Position numbers and translations under genes: made by a program. Below, piece after piece: positions 1-11,830 of a stretch of 64,000 nt of DNA (within the stretch, counting starts at the first letter, position 1; every line of letters starts with the position of its first letter). Source of the stretch: Mytilus edulis (lineage: Eukaryota); NCBI RefSeq assembly GCF_963676685.1, contig NC_092353.1:20435307-20499306 (forward strand), given 5' to 3'. A model generated the notes under the pieces. The model ran no database searches, was not told the origin of the DNA, and saw only the letters and a list, made by a program, of their open reading frames with translations.

Positions 1-179
1 ATCTATTCCAGAGATAGAAAAGCATACTTATTTTAAAAATTCAAAGTATTGTAAACATTTATTTTAAAATAATGACCATACCGATGATCATATCAACACT
101 TAAGGAGGCTCACGGGTATAAGATGTTCAGAAAAAAATTAAACATTAATTTTTCATTACAAATTTTATTTATTACCTTA

Positions 180-720
180 AGTAGTTGTTCCCAAAAATCA
201 ATTCGTGTTGACCCCAGGTGACTTTTAAAATGTACATATCATTGAAAAAGCTCTAAATTATCTCCCTTTTGTGCAAAAATGCCATTTTTTGGCATTAAAA
301 TTGAAATATCTTTTTTTACTCATCGGTTAATACCTATATTTTTTTATTGTTGTTTTCGAATAAGCTGTACATAAACTAAATAATTGTAAAATTTTAGCGA
401 TTTCTGTAATTTAGTTCTTTTTTTATATCGATATTACCGCTATTTCTCCTATTATTTCAACAGAAAAAAAGGACATCAACAAAAATGTATGCTTCTTTCG
501 AAGGCAGATTGTGAGCGTAAATGAACGGTGACCCCTTTTTTTTTATTTCATTTTTCTATTAAGTATTTTTTTAATTTCATTTTTCTATTAAGTATAAGAT
601 AAAGTTCATTTATAAAAAAAATATAGAGAAATCCTATATTAAATTAAATAAAATGGATTTAGACCTGCGAGCCCCCTTAAACTACTTTTATTATAAAATT
701 GGAAAGACGAGAGCAGCAAT
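180..720 (+). repeat. Copy A of a ~520-bp interspersed repeat; an inverted copy lies at 17215-17700
   Basis: Long blocks (e.g. aaaaatgtatgcttctttcgaaggcagattgtgagcgtaaatgaacggtgacc) match the reverse complement of 17350-17420; further blocks at 216-300 and 330-480 match rc of 17570-17690 and 17420-17560. Confidence 0.6.
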
Positions 721-1310
721 GCATTAAATATGTGAAAACTTGTACAAATAATTAAGAAAATTTAACATAAAACCTCAAACACCGAAAACATACGAAAAAA
801 AGCGATCTATGTCAAAAGCGTCTGTTGTATTATAATATGTGTAACTTAAAATTTGTCATAACAGTTGATCAACTATTTAGGTGTGTTTTTTCTTTTAGAA
901 TCAATATACATGATCTAACCTCTACATTTATTTAAGGTATCCTTTCTTTCGTCTCGTTTTTCTCTCTCACTTGCGCTGTGAGGTTACCGAATTACTAAAG
1001 ATTGACTCGTTGCTATATATGCTAAAGCTAAAGACGAATTATTATACGGGAAGACAACAATTCAATCGCATTACATTTCTGAAGAATGTGGTAGGAGAAA
1101 GAATTTTCTTTCAAAAGAAGGTCCATGTACACTTGTTTTATAAAACTTGGTCATATGTTAGTATATAAAACATATGCAACGTTGTTTTTTAATCTAAAGT
1201 CTCATGTGACTTTAAAAAATATATCCATGCTTTAGTTTAGAACTGATTATGACTCTAATTATATTCCTGTCATAACGAATCACGTGCAATGCTCAAAACT
1301 AAACTTTCTT

Positions 1311-1712
1311 TCAGAATAGTACAATAATTCGAAAAACATAGGTAAAAAAGATATTATTTTCCTTATCATATGAAATTTTACTAACCCCTCTGTACTGGTC
1401 AATTTCAACATATACATATCCTTTCTGAAAATAGAAATCCTCAGTAGATACTGATTTTGGCTTGTTATTTAGTTCACATGTTAGCACAGCTTTATTATAG
1501 TTGTACGAGTGGCAATTTGGCCTCCGTATACATTTGTTAAAGCATAACCTCGGTGATATTTTCTCAAATGTTAAATAAATGTATCCTTGCAGCTTAGAAT
1601 CAAGCCGATCAGGGTGAATGCGAAAAATGTTTGTTTCAGTTTGACCCGGACTGAACACATTTAAAAAGAACAAAACATATTTAACTATAAACATGTTATC
1701 ACCAAGTGCCAT
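1311..1712 (-). CDS. Possible isolated exon with a PAN/apple-like cysteine pattern (CFNKC..NCHSY..C.L); very tentative
   Basis: 133-aa ORF; the C-x3-C...C.SY...C spacing is reminiscent of PAN/apple modules; no flanking exons identified. Confidence 0.15.
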   Translation of the reverse strand: MALGDNMFIVKYVLFFLNVFSPGQTETNIFRIHPDRLDSKLQGYIYLTFEKISPRLCFNKCIRRPNCHSYNYNKAVLTCELNNKPKSVSTEDFYFQKGYVYVEIDQYRGVSKISYDKENNIFFTYVFRIIVLF

Positions 1713-2492
1713 CAGTATATATTTCTACGAAAAATTCGTATCGTCTTTGCAAGATTTCTTGCAGATTGTCACTAACGTACCTGTATTATTATAATTATGA
1801 ATAATTAATGAATTTAAATATTAGGTATAAACAAATGAATGAGTTATGTTTGAATCGTCCAATGGGAATCATTTGAAATTGGAATTAGAATTGCTACTAT
1901 ATAATTATCAATATCATTGCACTACAGTTATGGGAAGGATTTGTTTGCATATTTTGTATTTAAACATAAAAGGATGAGAGGAGAAATACAACATTGAGTT
2001 TCAAAACACATTTCCTGTTGGTGTTTGTTAGTTAAGATTTTTTTTTAATTAAAAATTGTTTCTCCTTGAAAAAACGCAAGCATCCTCTATCCAAAACATG
2101 AATGATAAAAGGTTAAGCCTATGTTACATTGAATCCTCATGCGTTTCAGTGACTGTGTTGTGTATATGATATATAAAATATATATTTTAAAATGAAGCAC
2201 ATAAGATATTCAAGGTTTTGTCCACTCTCCTGATAATGATAGAATTATAGTTAATATAAATGACAATGAATGTCGTCATTAAACTTTGCCAAAACTCTTT
2301 ATCATGTGGCACTTTTTGAAACACATAAACATACATACAAATTAGGCCTGTATCGCTGAAATGATCTTTTTGTTTCAAAATTCTGAACTTGGCACCTTCT
2401 TTTGTGTGGGAAACCTGAGAGATTTTCCAAAACGTTCGATTTATATAATCCGGAAATTCAGCTCCGTGAAATTTTGGTAGAGTTCTTTATGG

Positions 2493-2765
2493 GTTACACT
2501 AATGACTGGACCGAATGACAGGACCGAATGACAGGACCAAATGAAAAATGCTAATAACTTTTTCATTTCTCAAAGGATTGATCTCAAATTTGAAATATAA
2601 TAAGATTTTATCATTTGATAAACAGATTTAAAAAATAAAATTAAAAAGTTTTGTAAGAAACTTTAGAAAACGTGACATGACCAACTCTGATAAGGACAGG
2701 ACCAACATTGAGAAAGACAGGACCAAAAAAAAAATGCTAATAACTTTTTTATTTTTCAAAGGAAT
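2493..2765. repeat. Two local copies of a ~80-bp unit (gacaggaccaaa..aaaatgctaataactttttcatttctcaaagga)
   Basis: 2500-2580 and 2690-2765 are near-identical. Confidence 0.5.
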
Positions 2766-4699
2766 TATCTGGTGGAACAGTACAACATAAGAACAAACTA
2801 TAAAAATCAGTTAAAAACGGCAAAATTCATTAGATGGATACAAATAGAATAACATCAAACAGAAACACAAAGTGCACGTGGACGTGGACAGATACTTTAA
2901 TATCCCAAAACCTAAAAGACACTTAGTACAGATCTCTGAGAGTACTCACAGTTACTGACAGCTAGTTCAAAGCCAATACTAACTAATGAAAAAAAACGTA
3001 TCTAACACTAAAATATTTATCAGTTCACATCCAACATTCAATGGATTTAGTGATGTCATTAACAGTCGAAGAAAAACATAAATTCTTCGATTCCAAACTA
3101 TAAGTATCGACTGATTACTGCACCGTGAAAGTACATAAAATCAATGTTTAAGACAATAAAAACAATATTCATAATGATTAAATTACAGTGTTGAAAAGGT
3201 AATCTTTTAGCATAAGTTTATTTAAAAGACTGACAAATTAAGCAGGATTCTATCTCAATTCACATGCTCGGTTAACAACATCACTATAAAATATGAGTTG
3301 CTTTTACACGGTGGGTATGGTTGTCCTGCGAGAGAACGTTCTGTGCTGGTGATCAATGAAAACATGTAAACAAAGACGAAAATTGTGATTTTTGACGTTT
3401 TCACTCATATAAAATGGAAGAAAACAGTTGAGATTTTTCAATTTTGTTTCTTATGGGTTCATATGTAAACCATTAAAAAGTTGACCCTCTAAACTGTTTC
3501 AGTAAGCGTAACACAAAAACGCTCATTTTCAGAAAATTTTATCATTAAAAAAAAACTTCATAACCATGTTGTGTATTCTATATTCAGATTTATTCACTGC
3601 GAAATGATATTGAAAATTAAGAACATTTTACCTTTTTTTAAATTTTGTTTTTATTAACTTAATTTTAACCTCAGTTGTGTATATTCTTTGATACTAACGA
3701 TGATGTCTTGATATGTATAATATTGTATAATGATTTTTTAAAATAACCAAATCGAAGATGTTCATACAATTTTTGAGTATGTTGCTTACATGCATTTCAT
3801 AATATCTATATGACAGAAGATGGTTTTATCTTACTAACTTTCTCAAAATATTTTGGTGGCCTCAAATTCATATTAGCATCTAATTATCCCGTGCAAAACT
3901 TTACGTGTGTGTACTTACAAAGTATTTTTGTCTAAATAAGTATTTGTCTTAAACATATACATATTGATAATGAAATGAACATAATAATTTTTTTCCTTTA
4001 AATACGTGTCCATAAAAGAGGGTATGATTAAGGGTTTATGGAATACAGAATAACGGGCAAAAATTTCAGAATATAAGACAAAAAAGATTAAAAAGAAAGA
4101 GGATAATGGGGTGCTAAAATATAAAGAATATTTATTAAAGAATACTGGTAATACAAAATAAAAACTAATGATAATTTCCAGACTCTTATGATAAAAAGAA
4201 TCTATCAACACAAAACACATAATCATCGTGCATAATCAACACGAAGAACGTTGGAAATTATTAGCATGATAACTTGACGTTATGTAATAAAAATGACGAC
4301 GACGTTAAGATTTTTGATTTTTTTTTTACCAAAATGTTGAGTTTGCGTCGCTTCTACAGGGAAAACGAAGTCGGTGACCATATTATTTTTTAACATCATC
4401 TAATTTGTAAGACAAAGAGGAAGAACATATTATTTAAAAAAAAAATCTATGGAGTGGTTCACGTGATTTATTCAGGAAAACGAAAATTGTTGAAGAAAAA
4501 TATTGATTTTTTCTATATATTCAATGATAAGTACTTATTGGACCATTTTAAAAATTGATTTTTCTCGAAAACGAAGTCGGTGACATACTTTTTTTTACAT
4601 TTTCTGATGTATATTTTCAATATCTTATTTATTCAAAAAAGTACCGGGCCACGTCCACTTGTATGTTTGTCCATCTGATGAGTTAAGCCTTTTTCAACT

Positions 4700-5090
4700 G
4701 ATTTTTATAGTTCGTTCTTATGTTGTACTGTTATACCACTGTCCCAGGTTAGGGGAGGGTTGGGATCCCGCTAACATGTTTAACCCTGCCACATTATTTA
4801 TGTATGTGCCTGTCCCAAGTCAGGAGCCTGTAATTCAGTGGTTGTCGTTTGTTTATGTGTTACTTATTCGTTTTTCGTTCGTTTGTTTTTACATAAATAA
4901 GGCCGTTAGTTTTCTCGTTTGAATTGTTTTACATTGTCTTATCGGGGCCTTTTATAGCTAACTATGCGGTATGGGCTTTGCTCATTGTTGAAGGCCGTAC
5001 GGTGACCTATAGTTGTTAATGTCTGTGTCATTTTGGTCTTTTGTTGATAGTTGTCTCATTGGCAATCATACCACATCTTAGCTCTTAGAC
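4700..5090 (+). repeat. SINE-like interspersed repeat, copy 1 (~350 bp; 3' end ...gttgtctcattggcaatcataccacatct)
   Basis: Homologous copies at 25885-26215, 43690-44050, 54940-55160 (partial) and 62040-62420 (reverse complement); contains an A-box-like gcctgtaattcagtggttg. Confidence 0.7.
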
Positions 5091-6469
5091 CCGAACCAGC
5101 TGAAAAATAATTAAAATTGAAACAAAAGTTATAAGGAAACGACAGTACATTGAAATTAGTATTATTAAAGCTAAAAAGCTAATAAATGCACCTTTATTTC
5201 TATATCATTCATATATTCAATTTGTATATCTTTAATTTCTTAAATCTATTTTTTTTCTTTTATTATTAACATTCTAAATTCTTTTTATATTATTATAGTT
5301 CTTTAATGTATCAATATGGTTACTACTCGCTGTCGTTTTTCTTCAGGTGCAATAATTTAGTAAAAATAAGTACATGATATCAAACATGTTGTTTTAAAAA
5401 TGAGTTATTAAATTTATTATTTTAGATAGCTGACTGGAGACCATTTAATTTAATGTGAGACCTCTAAATCAATGTTGGAGTTTATAACCTAGAATACTAA
5501 AACATTTTTTCATAATTTATTTTTTCATAATTTTCTAAGTTAACACTTGAAGCATTTTTAAAATAGTCATACTTTTGATCTGAGTTAACTATTTGAAACA
5601 TCATTCCAGTCAGCTAAGAGGTATTTTTGAAAAGTTAATTCTGTTTTGTCTTTATGTTTGTGTATGTGTTGCTTTGTTTGAATGTAATATATTGTACCTT
5701 GCTTTGTGGAGAGGGCTTACATAGGCTATGCTTGTTGCCCAATCCAATTCAATTTATTTGAATAAAATATTGTTTAAACTGAAATACCACATCTTCTCTT
5801 TTATATTTACCTGTTTATTGCTTTTGAATAATGAACATTTTTATTTACAAAGTCGTTGTCTTCAAAATCAAACGATAATGACTTTTATTAATAATAGAGG
5901 ACAGAACTTGAGAACAATCTATTAATATGTAACAATGTTTCACATGGACTTTACAGAGGTATCTTGTTTTAGAGATCTTTCCAGCTCTGCTGTCAATGTA
6001 AAGTTAACATTTTTCTTTTGTCATGTAATTTTTCGCATGATAACATAGCCTAAATTATGTAGGACCAGAAGAACAAAATTTCTGATCTTTAATGTTAAAT
6101 TTCTGAAGCAAGTTCTAAAATCATATTGATTTTTCTTTCGAGGATTTTTCTTTTAATAATAAGGGAATATAAAAGGAGAAACATAATATGCATTGAAATC
6201 ATCTTTCCATATTTTGTTTCAAATAAATAACTAATGGGTCGTTTTTAAAATCCATCCATAGTTTAGATAGAAATTGAGGAAATATTTTCATCAGTTAAAC
6301 TAAATTTTTAATATTCTACTGAACTCACAGTAGTTTATATGAACAAAATCTACAAGTAATTAAAAACCAATTGTTCAGAGAACAATTGAAGGTCTTTCCA
6401 CCAGTTAATATCTATTTTGATATTAAAATATTAAAATCAGTCTAAAATGTCAGTTCATATGGCTTTATG

Positions 6470-6900
6470 ATGTATAGATATGAATTTAAAGCAAAGGTCA
6501 ATATCTAGAACGTCAAATTAACCTATGACCTTGACCTCAATTTGAAGGTCACAAACTGAGGATATCAAATCAAAAGACCCTAGGTCTCTAATACGTATGG
6601 TTAATAAGTTATATCACTTTACACATAATTTTAGATATGATAGGGGCAAAAACTCCCATTCATTGTCTATGCACCCTTTCAACTAAAATTATTAAGTTAC
6701 GACATGTCGCAACTAACAATTTAGTCAAAATAATGCTGATATCTTATACGGTTTCTGGAAATGAGTGGAAATAAGCCTAATTCAAAAATTAGAATATGAC
6801 CTTGACCTTTGACCTTGACCTAATTATTATTTTTTTTGGACCAAGGACCTCAAATCAAAAGATCCTAGGTCTCTATCACTTATGGTTTTCCAGTTTAAAA
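6470..6900. repeat. Two copies of a ~150-bp unit carrying TGACCT direct-repeat arrays (atgaccttgacctttgaccttgacct; aaatcaaaagaYcctaggtctcta)
   Basis: 6480-6620 and 6780-6900 share both blocks. Confidence 0.5.
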
Positions 6901-7436
6901 TACATTTCAAAATTTCAAATACAAAAGGGGAAATAACTCTCATATGGAGCGTTCATATTGCTTGGTCAAAATTGGACAAATCATGCGAAGGATGTAACGA
7001 GCAATTTTATAAAATAAATTTGTCGTAATCTTTTACAGTTGCGAAGGAGTCGTGATCACAAGGAAAACAGTGTTTGGGGAGGTAACTCCTACAAAGTAAA
7101 GTATTCGGTTACGCAGGGTAAATTTCAAAAGCGCATAAATTGTTCGATATCATATACCAAATATCTAAGCGACATATTGCGAAACAAATATTTATTGCAA
7201 GAACAAAATTAGGCAGAAGAGAAAAAAAAATAATCAGACGAAAAACAATACGTCTTTGCACAGAAAAGTGGAAAGACCTAATTACTGTTACAAAGTTTTT
7301 GTACAGGTAATCACCTGTACAAAATAGTAAAATGTACACGACATAAACATTGCGTCTATGTTTATGACACTTATGGTCGTGCACCAAATGAAACCAGTTT
7401 TTATCAACCATTTCTACATTAGCCATTAGGAAATAA

Positions 7437-7530
7437 CTATACCACGTCAGGAATAGGACAGTTGTTTTCCAATCGTTTGATGTGTTTGAGATTTTTATTT
7501 GCCATTTGTTGGAATTCCTGTTTTGAAATC
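7437..7530 (+). repeat. Fragment of interspersed repeat family B (caagtcaggaat...ttgtccattcgtttgatgtgtttgag..tttgattttgccatttg)
   Basis: Matches copies at 22985-23110, 33790-33920, 37010-37100, 57500-57600 and rc 47130-47310. Confidence 0.5.
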
Positions 7531-7545
7531 TTCCTAGGCAGGCGC

Positions 7546-7693
7546 GGATCCAGCCATTTTAAAAAGGGGGGGGGGGGGGTCCCAACCCAGAGTAAAGGGG
7601 GGGGGTCCAAATATATGCTCCAATTCAAATGCATTGATCGGCCAAAAAAAGGGGGGTTCCAACCCCCGGAACCCCCTCTGGATCCGCCACTGT
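7546..7693. repeat. Palindromic G-run MITE-like element with termini aggcgcggatccag ... ctggatccgccact
   Basis: 11-12-bp inverted termini GGCGGATCCAG enclose three poly-G tracts; a related terminus, cagtggcggattcagagggggg, occurs at 26881. Confidence 0.5.
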
Positions 7694-8439
7694 TAGGAAC
7701 CTTGGTATTTTTGTCATCTTACTTTTTTACTTGCAGTTTGTCTTTCGCCCCTCTTTTGTCATTTCACATGTTAAGCTGTTTGTTGGTTGCATATGATGTC
7801 TTTGCTCTAAATCTATCCGAATCTACTTTATGTTGAAATCTTGGAAAACAATTTATCAATTTGAGTTAGAAGTGATTATAATTTATAAGATGTTATTTTC
7901 ATTTCTAGCTCTCGTCAAAATACATGTTTAGAGTTCTAGTTTCCTGCTGAATGTCGGTCGTTCTCTACTGGTATTCCGACAAATCTGAACCTCATGATAC
8001 CACCAATTCATCTGAAAGTCCCGTTGAATAGTAAGAATAAAGCAATACAACTGCTGCTAAGCTTTTAACTAACGAGAGTATAATCAACTTGATAACATTT
8101 TTTACTTACATTATCCGTTTATAAATTCATAAATTATTAAGTAACTAAGATTCCATCTCCCGCGGGCAAATTTGACCTTAAACAGTCATAAAGCACATAC
8201 CATTATAGGTAGTAATAAATCCTTGGCTCTCCATTCTTTTCTATTTGAAAATTCCCGATAGAGATGAAAAGATTAGTAAGAACCACTTTTAGAAGTTTTT
8301 ATTTTCATAGTATACAAATATATTCAATTCAGGTTTAAACAAAAATATCGAAATATATGATATAAACTAAAGATATATGAATACAAATACTACAATCACT
8401 TTATAATCCAGGTCAAAATTTTTAATTTGCACATTATTT

Positions 8440-9600
8440 TAATTCACAAACTCTTTTATTATATATATCTTTATTCTCATAAAGCCAATGCATTACATCG
8501 GTACAGAGATAACAGATACAACAATAAATATTTACAATATGTACAAAACAAGCGAGAGAGGTTACAAAAGTTACAAGCCAGGAGTACAAACACTAGTATT
8601 TATATTTTTTATAAAAGAACAAAGCTTCTTCAGAACTGGTTTTCTTGTACTTGACATAAGTTCAGAGAATTTAACTGTATTTTGCCGTTTTGTAAAATAT
8701 TCAGTTAAAAACTCTTTGCGTTTTTGATGGAAAAAATTGCATTCAAATATAAAATGATATTCGTCACCTATTTGTCGAATGTTACATAGACTGCAAAAGC
8801 GGTTTTCTCTGATCACGTTTTGCCATCATCCTGTTTCAATCGGCAGCTTAGTATTAGTCGTTCTAAATCGACAAAAAACAATAGCGTCTTTGAAGTCCAA
8901 AATATTAAAATATTCTTCGAATTCCAAGTTTTTCTTAAAAATTTTGTAGTTAATACCTTTTGGTGAATTTTGAATGAGGGAATTCCAGTTGTGAAAATAT
9001 TGATCTAGCAATCTCTGCTTTATAACAGTTTTTAACCATTCTTTATTAACAAAATTTTGTGACTCCCATATGTATGAGAAACCACAATCTTGAAATATTT
9101 TTTGTATAAACAGGATCCATTTTATCTGGACATTATGGTGCTCGTTCATATGACGAGAAAGTTGATATAATATGAAGGAAAACTTTGCTTGTTTACCGGA
9201 TATCAAATTTGCCCAGAATAGTACTGTTCGAACTTTAATATCTATTTCGATCGGATGACGACCTAGTTCCCCGTAAACCATATAATTTGGCGTTGAGGAT
9301 TTCAAGTTTAAAAGAATTTTACAAAATTTTAAATGAATCTTTTCCAGGATATCATTATTACCAAAGCCCCATATTTCGCACCCATACAATAGAATGGGCT
9401 AAAGCCTTGATCATTTTGTCAAAAAGGTCAAGCTGACATTTAACAGAAAGCTGATACATCCTTCCTATTTTCAGGACTTCGTACATGGCTTTTAAGGCCT
9501 TATCGGATAAATATTTTTTAGTCATATTAAAGTTTCCTGTTTTAGTAAAAACAATACCCAAATAGTTAAACTGCTTTACTAAACCATTTTAAAGAGGTTA
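8440..9600 (-). mobile_element. Degraded 5'-truncated non-LTR (LINE) retrotransposon, 3' portion: RT C-terminal region plus a C-terminal Cys/His motif
   Basis: Three broken ORFs (9358-9561, 8826-9389, 8571-8816). MYGCEIWG...KFCKILL aligns with TLYGCEVWG...IKFIKEIL of the intact RT ORF at 58918-60771; CSLCN..GDEYHFIFEC resembles CLSCN..EDEYHFFSIC. Frames are disrupted. Confidence 0.7.
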
Positions 9601-10189
9601 TTTTAGATAGAAAATCTTGCTCTTGCCGAAGAATAAATAAAATATGTTTCACGTTCAAATACATATTTCAAATCTGGACTTCAGATATGTGTATCAAGAC
9701 AACCTCGTTATTCCGATACACCCATGTTACGACATACTTTTATTCAACAGTCTGATATATGAAGACAAGGGTTAATAGTTGTGTCATAAGAATGTCAACT
9801 TGTAGAGTTTAATCAATGTTCCAGAAAAAAGAACCATTTATTTATTTCAAAATTCAAAACTAGAAAACCGAGCAGCTCATTTGTCGTCCTGAATATGCAT
9901 GACATTTTTGGCTACTTGATTTACCATTGTTTAAACAAGGCAAAGTCAGTGACTTGCTATTGGGAAACCAAACAGGCCTTTGAAACTGCGATGCTATTTG
10001 TCTCAGATATGACGATTCTATGACAGTGTCGTGGGAACTAAAACATGGAACAGAACCTATTTCAAAATATAAATTGCCAAAATGTGTTGATGACGCTTTT
10101 TAAATAATTTACGTCCATGTCTACTCCTTCTAAAATTGTAATAACTGTGTTTGAATACTAACATCAAAGTTTTAAAAGAGATCAAAGTC

Positions 10190-10700
10190 GAAATTTCGAT
10201 TGTAAAAAAAAATCGAAATTTTGAGTTTACAAAAAGTCGAAATTTTGAGTTTAAAATAAGTTGAAATTTCGAGTTTAAAATAAGTCGAAATTTTGAGTTT
10301 TATAAAAGTAGAAATTTTGAGTTTAAAAAAAGTCTTAATTTCGAGTTTAAAGCGAAAATTTCGACTTTTTGTAAGTCGAAATTTCGAGTTTCAAAAAAAG
10401 TCAATATTTCGACTTTTCAAAAAGTCGAAATTTTGAGTTTTATAAAAGTCGAAATTTTGAGTTTTTAAAAAGTCGAAATTTCGAGTTTAAAGCGAAAATT
10501 TCGACTTTTTGTAAGTCGAAATTTCGAGTTTCAAAAAAGTCAATATTTCGACTTTTCAAAAAGTCGAAATTTCAAGATTTTTGAAAGTCAAAATTTCAAA
10601 TTGATGTCAAAATTACGAGATTTGAAAAGTCAAAATTTCAAGTTAAAGTCAAAATTTCGAGATTTGAAAAGTCAAAATTTCGACTTTGAAAAAAAAGTTC
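10190..10700. repeat. Minisatellite of ~31-bp units (aagtcgaaatttcgagtttaaa) with a ~120-bp higher-order duplication
   Basis: The unit contains the palindrome tcgaaatttcga; 10340-10460 is nearly identical to 10460-10580. Confidence 0.85.
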
Positions 10701-11439
10701 ACTGCCAATTTAATTTTTTCTATGTCCCTAATACGCTTCCGTAGATTGATGATGTGTTTTGACATGGAATTTTGATATTCAGCAAAAAAGCTGCAAATTA
10801 GAAAAAAGGTTTGTATATTTTGTTTAAAAATAATGCATATTGAAATAAATAATTAATTTTTAATTCAATTATACTTAACTTTTACATTTTAATTAACGTT
10901 TTTAAAATTGATATTATAACATAACATAATTATTTACGGTACAATTGCTTTTTTATTAAACCTGTTTCCTAAGAGAAAAATATTTAAAAAGATAATAAAT
11001 TAAATATGTTTGTATCTTTCTAAATTTCATTAGTAACAATAAGCGCATGTTTTTTGTTTGTTTTTGCAGTCGCCTCTATATTATTTGAGACCAGAAAAAA
11101 ATAAAAAAGAAAAAAAAAATGTATGCCTATATATAGGTATTATTTGGTAAGTTTATACGGAAAAGTAATATATTTAAAAATGAATCAATTTTTTAATGTA
11201 ACATACAAATTCAGTATCTTAAATACAAAATATAAATCGTAACATATGACTGTTTTTTAAAGATAAATAGGCTGCATAAGTATGTAACAAAATATATATC
11301 TATTTACTATTTTAAGCATTTCGAATACAAAACACTTGTACACGCTTATCTCAAATATATATACAAAAATTATGTAACATTTAATCTAATAATACTAGAT
11401 TATGTTTTAAGGAAAAAAGTTTGAATGAAAATATCTGCA

Positions 11440-11830
11440 TTACATTTCGTACCTGTTGTAGATATGAAAAAAATATGGCAGACAAACAGTGGTCCTCAGA
11501 TGATAACTTGGAGGAAATATTGATACGGAATCAACTATCCAACAGGCTGATGTCACTGTAAACCCTGATACGAAATCAACTATCCAACAGGCTAATGTCA
11601 CTGTAAACCCTGACACGAAATCAACTATCCAACAGGCTAATGTCACTGTAAAGCCTGATACGAAATCAACTATCCAACAGGCTAATGTCACTGTAAAGCC
11701 TGATACGAAATCAACTATCCAACAGGCTAATGTCACTGTAACGCCTGGTACGAAATCAACTATCCAACAGGCTAATGTCACTGTAAACCCTGATACGGAA
11801 TCAACTATCCAACAGCTGATGTCACTGTAA
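11440..11830. repeat. 48-bp tandem repeat, ~8 copies (acgaaatcaactatccaacaggctaatgtcactgtaaaccctgat)
   Basis: Direct reading; the - strand ORF 11440-11781 is just the periodic translation VDFVSGFTVTLACWI x6. Confidence 0.9.

Noticed and set aside
7462-7836. ORFs rich in G, P and K (7437-7634 on the - strand, 7462-7836 on the +), and 17919-18137 on the - strand, 20497-20798
   Set aside because: These are translations through poly-G/poly-C runs of the palindromic MITE-like elements and the satellite. They have no domain signal and the ORFs overlap on both strands.
10190-11830. Regular direct repeats that might be taken for a CRISPR array
   Set aside because: This is a eukaryotic context, the repeats are contiguous with no unique spacers, no cas genes are present, and the unit sizes and composition fit minisatellites.
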